Assembly (NCBI GenBank): GCA_051313645.2
Contig: JBNRSN020000025.1
Location: 20,770,001 to 20,834,000 of the forward strand
Direction of reading: 5' to 3'
DNA: 64,000 nucleotides
Origin: Centroscyllium fabricii
Lineage: Eukaryota
Part shown: in pieces, positions 60,006 through 64,000 of the stretch
Numbering within the stretch: position 1 is the first letter of the stretch
Layout: each line of letters begins with the position of its first letter
Position numbers and translations under genes: made by a program
Notes under the pieces: model-generated
What the model was told of the DNA's origin: nothing
The model's database searches: none
The model's input: only the letters and a program-made list of their open reading frames with translations

Positions 60006-60884
60006 GGGGGCAAAATTCGTGAGCACATGAATTGGGGCGCTAAAATTGGCGCTGCGCAAAAATGAGCGCCGGAGCGCCCTGATGCAATAAACAAGTCTGA
60101 TACATCAATAACTTTAAAGTAAAGTTTTAATCCACTATATTGTCACTATTTACAAAGGTGGGTTTTACCATGCTTCCAGATGAAGCATCCACCCCATACT
60201 GAGCCGTTCCAGTATTTATACTATCTGAGCACAGGAAGTGACATGTACAGAGTTCACCATTCAACCTTCCCCCAGAAGTTTGTTCAATATCACCACACGC
60301 CTGATATTCACTTCTGTGCCGGCCTTGCAGATTGCGGCGCTAAATCTAGCATTCCGCGAGTGCAAGCGCCCAATTTCGTGGGCGCAGCGCTCCTTCAGCA
60401 ACTCCTTGCTTTCCCATGAACTCTGGAGCCGGACAGGTCTTAAAGGAGGTAGGGGAAGCAGTGCATGGTGTGTCGGCACCCCTCCCTCAGCATCTGGCCA
60501 ATCTCGGGCTGACCCCCCTCCTGCAGCAACTGGCCGATCTCTGGCCGAAGAGGCTACCGAGGAAAGGGAGGGTCGTCCTTTTAGCAGCGCTGCAGCGGCC
60601 ACTCAGACCCTCAGCAGCGCTTGCCAAAGCTGGCGCTGGCAGCGCTGCGCCGGGGGGGACTGGCGCAAAGGCGAATTTCGGGCGCAGCCCGGCGGGCGGG
60701 CGTTGCACCCGGATATGCACGATGATTGCCGATCACAAATTAGCGCGCGCTAACAGTTAGTGCCGGTGCTAATCACTGGGCTAATTTAGCACCCGCCACT
60801 AAAATGTCTGCGCCCGGCGCTAAAACCTGTAGCGCCCATTTGTCGGCGCTAAACCGACGGCACTAAGGCGCCAATTTTGCGCCC
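60006..60884 (+). mobile_element. PIF/Harbinger-type MITE family C (subfamily 2) with an AT-rich insert
   Basis: GGGGGCAAAATT / AATTTTGCGCCC TIRs; homologous to 62266-63218. Confidence 0.8.
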
Positions 60885-60977
60885 ATGCACACCCATTTCC
60901 TCAATCTTGGTTAAGCCTCACTGGATCCCTGTGTCCCAGTGAAATGATTTCAAGTTCCTCTTACTGGTCTTCAAACT

Positions 60978-62260
60978 GTAGGGTGTGGCCTGCCATGGGT
61001 CAGCTTTTGCCTCTGACTACCTGAGTGGTTCGAATCGCTCCCACGCCCCTGAGGTTCTAGACACTGGACTTTGGTACAGGTTTTGCGATACAAAATTGGA
61101 GTAGACAACAGGTTTGGTGGAAGAAAACTGCTTTTATTGAGAGTCACTCAACAAAACTATAACAGTGAGAAGTTACTTTGTACATTACAGGAATAAACTA
61201 TGCAGATGTTCAAAAGGTACATAAATTGGGAATGGGGAACACACGGCACAACGATGGAAAAAAATCACATTCAATTTACTCCCCTATTAACCTGGTCCCA
61301 CCCCAACTACCTAACAAGATTCCACTGTAGAAACCAGGGATTCATGCTCACCAAGCAAGGCTTTGTTACTGCAGGTTGCGATTTTGGGGATTGTTTCTTC
61401 TTGTCTTTTGGGGCCTGCCGCCCTCACGTGGTATCCCTCTCTCAGAATCTGCACGATGAATGCTGTTGGGCGAGTACTCACTGCTGCTCTGCTTAGCACT
61501 TGGAGGGAATAGTGTCTTTACCGAGTCCTTTAAATTGCATATAGGAACTTAGGGTTTCGTTCTCCTGGTCGTGTTGGTTGCCGACTTCACTTTCCCTCCT
61601 GGCCAGAATCTTAGTTTTCTCCTTGGTGCCTTCTGTCGCCTTGTGTTCCGACTCTCCTGCCTTTTGCTACATTTTGCTCTCACAATTATACAAATCCTGC
61701 ACCCCTTATCTACCCGCCAAATCAAAGCCAGGCCTTTGTCCACATTTTGGCGGGCTCGCAGAACCGATTATGACCATCCACCTTAACGAGTTTTGGGGTG
61801 GTGGTCTCCTTCCTTAATGGCCCTCCTGTTTTTGGGTGCATTGTCTTAGAAGATGTTAACTGCCCGGTAACGGGTTTTGAATTGTTCTTGAAGTTTGGAA
61901 TGTTTGTTTCTGCAAAGTTCGAGTTACTGGTTTTCTGCCTTGACGGCCAAGTTAACTGCAGGTGCTTATTTATGCACAAGTTTCAATTGTCTCCAAGTCT
62001 GCAACAAAGTCACCTCCCAAGCTCGATTGGCTTTGGAGTGTATTGAATTTTCACAGTCTGTCTGGAATTTAAGAGCGGTTTCCCTGCCTCCAGGTATGTC
62101 GAATTCGCGTCCTTTTACCTTGGCCATGGCCAGCTTGGCCTCTGTTTAAACTGCAGCCATATTTCAAAAAACCCTTTTTTACTTTAGGGTCCTTTTATTA
62201 ATAACTGCGGGAGACTTGGGAATTTTGCGAATCCTACAAAACCCCTCCAGCATGTTAGAA
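60978..62260 (-). mobile_element. Possible decayed LTR-type element inserted in an L2 fragment
   Basis: L2 sequence (60893-60977) stops at TGTAGGG. The minus strand has AATAAA (about 61138) about 160 bp before a CA end. L2-like sequence resumes near 63905. No recognisable protein domain. Confidence 0.3.
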
Positions 62261-62265
62261 AGATA

Positions 62266-63218
62266 GGGCGTGAAATTGGTGAGCGCACGATTTGGGGCGC
62301 TAAAATTAGCACCGGGCGCAAATTAGCACCGGAGCGGCCGATATTGGTTTTTGTGCCGGCCTTGCAGATTTTAGTGATAAATCTAGCATTGCACGGGTGC
62401 AAATGCCCAATTTCATGGCGCTAATTGCCGATCACGGGCGCAGCGCTCCTTCAGCAACTCCTTGCCTTCCCATGAACTCTGGAGCCGGACAGGTCTTAAA
62501 GGGGGTTGGGGGAGCATTGCATGATGTGTTGGCACCCCTCCCTCATCATCTCCCCGATCTCTGCCAACGCCCCTCATCTCCCCGATCTCGCCCGACCCCC
62601 CTCATCATTTCCCCAATCTCACCCGACCTCCCTCATCATCTCCCCGATCTCTGCCAACGCCCCTCATCATCTCCCCGATCTCGCCCGACCCCCTCATCAT
62701 CTCCCCGATCTCGCCCAACCCCCCTCATCATCTGCCCGATCTCGCCCGACCCCCCTCATCATCTGCCCGATCTCGCCCAACCCCCCTCAGCATCTGCCCG
62801 ATCTCGGGCCGCCCAACCCCCTCAGCAAATGGCCGATCTCGGGCTGACCCCCCTCCCGCAGCAACAGGCCAATCTCGGGCCGAAGAGGCTACTGAGGAAA
62901 GGGAGGGTCGCCCTTTTAGCTGCGCTGCAGCGGCCACTCAGACCCTCAGCAGCGCTTGCCAAAGCTGGCGCTGGCAGCATTGTGCCGGGGGGACTGGCAC
63001 AAAGGCAAATTTCGGGCATAGTCCGGCGGGCGAGCGCTGCACCCGAATATGCACGACGATTGCCGATCGCAAATTAGTGCGCGCTAACATTTAGCACCGG
63101 CGTTGGTTGGGTGGTGAATTTAGCGCCCGGTGCTAAATTTTTTGCGCTCAGCACAAAACCCTCCTGCGCCTATTTTTTGGCGCTAAACAGATGGCGCTAA
63201 GGCGCCAATTTCACGCCC
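62266..63218 (+). mobile_element. PIF/Harbinger-type MITE family C with expanded ~29-bp internal repeat
   Basis: Perfect 14-bp TIR GGGCGTGAAATTGG / CCAATTTCACGCCC and 3-bp TSD ATA (62263-65, 63219-21). About 10 CCCTCATCATCTCCCCGATCTCGCCCGACC units at 62540-62845. Confidence 0.9.
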
Positions 63219-63221
63219 ATA

Positions 63222-63797
63222 GAAGCATAGAAGATAGGAGCAGGAGTCGGCCATTTGGCCCCTTGAGCCTGCTCCGCCATTCAATGTGATCATGGCTGAT
63301 CATCCAAATTCAATACCATGTCCCTGCCTTCTCCCCATACCCCTTGATCCCTTTAGCCTTAAGAAATATATCTAACTCCTTCTTGAATATATTTAATGAA
63401 TTGGCCTCAACTGCCTTCTGTGGTAGAGAATTCCACAGGTTCACCACTCTCTGGGTGAAGAACTTCCTCCTCATCTCAGTCCTAAATGGTTTATCCCTTA
63501 TCCTTAGGCTGTGACCCCTGGTTCTGGACTCCCCCACCATCGGGAACATCCTTCCTGCATCTAGTCTGTCCAGTCCTGTTAGAATTTTATAAGTTTCAAT
63601 GAGATCCCTTCTCATTCTTCTAAACTCCAGCGAGTATAAGCCCAATCGACCCAATCTCTCCTCATACATCATTCCTGCCATCCCAGGTATCAGTCTGCTG
63701 AATCTTCGCTGAACTCCTTCCATGACAAAAACATCCTTCCTTGGATAAGGTGACCAAAACTGCACACAATACTCAAGGTGTGGTCTCACCAAGGCCC
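63222..63797 (-). mobile_element. CR1 3' fragment closely related to the intact element
   Basis: ALVRPHLEYCVQFWSPYPRKDVFVMEGVQRRFSRLIPGMAG…KGIKGYGEKAGTWY. Confidence 0.92.
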
Positions 63798-64000
63798 ATG
63801 TTCCACTCATGCCCATGGTGGACAAGTCTACCACCCTTTCTAGACAATCCTCTCCAGCCATAGACCCTAGTATGAATTGTCTGCTCCTCTGATTGGATCG
63901 TTATTTGCTCCCCGCTCTCCTCAAGCTACCATCCGAAGCTAAGTTTTTATGTCACTATGTCCCTGCCCTCTGGAATTTCTTCCAAAACCACTTTGCTTTT

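Noticed and set aside
61549-62149. gag-like ORFs with a zinc knuckle
   Set aside because: No intact CX2CX4HX4C motif in any frame; fragments too short to assign.
62397-63077. 226-aa Pro/Ser-rich ORF (and similar ORFs at 28031-28951, 46427-47038, 60238-60760)
   Set aside because: GC-rich MITE internal sequence; no transposase motifs; frames not conserved between copies.

Overview
Vertebrate genomic DNA. The repeat complement (V-SINE/HE1-like SINEs, CR1 and L2 LINEs, Deu-domain SINEs, Penelope-derived elements) points to a cartilaginous fish (shark/ray). No host protein-coding exon could be recognised. The window reads as a large intron or intergenic region: about 1-11 kb is AT-rich and nearly free of transposons, and about 11-64 kb is a dense, nested transposon landscape. 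The only credible CDSs are ORF1 (Zn finger/leucine zipper/SGNH esterase) and ORF2 (APE endonuclease + RT) of an intact, near full-length CR1 LINE on the minus strand (49393-54117). Highlights: (1) ORF1 and ORF2 overlap in -1 phase at a U_UUA_AAC slippery heptamer followed by a G-rich tract, and ORF2 has no usable AUG, which suggests programmed -1 ribosomal frameshifting. (2) Short Penelope-derived insertions, mostly palindromic, with 11-13 bp target-site duplications carry minimal hammerhead ribozymes, including a family with a U3-A8 core variant. (3) A 5.2-kb, 17-bp minisatellite grew inside one arm of a small MITE, and two other MITE families show similar internal repeat expansions. (4) A SINE appears to have swapped its 3' tail for that of the intact CR1. 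All family assignments were made by eye, without database searches.
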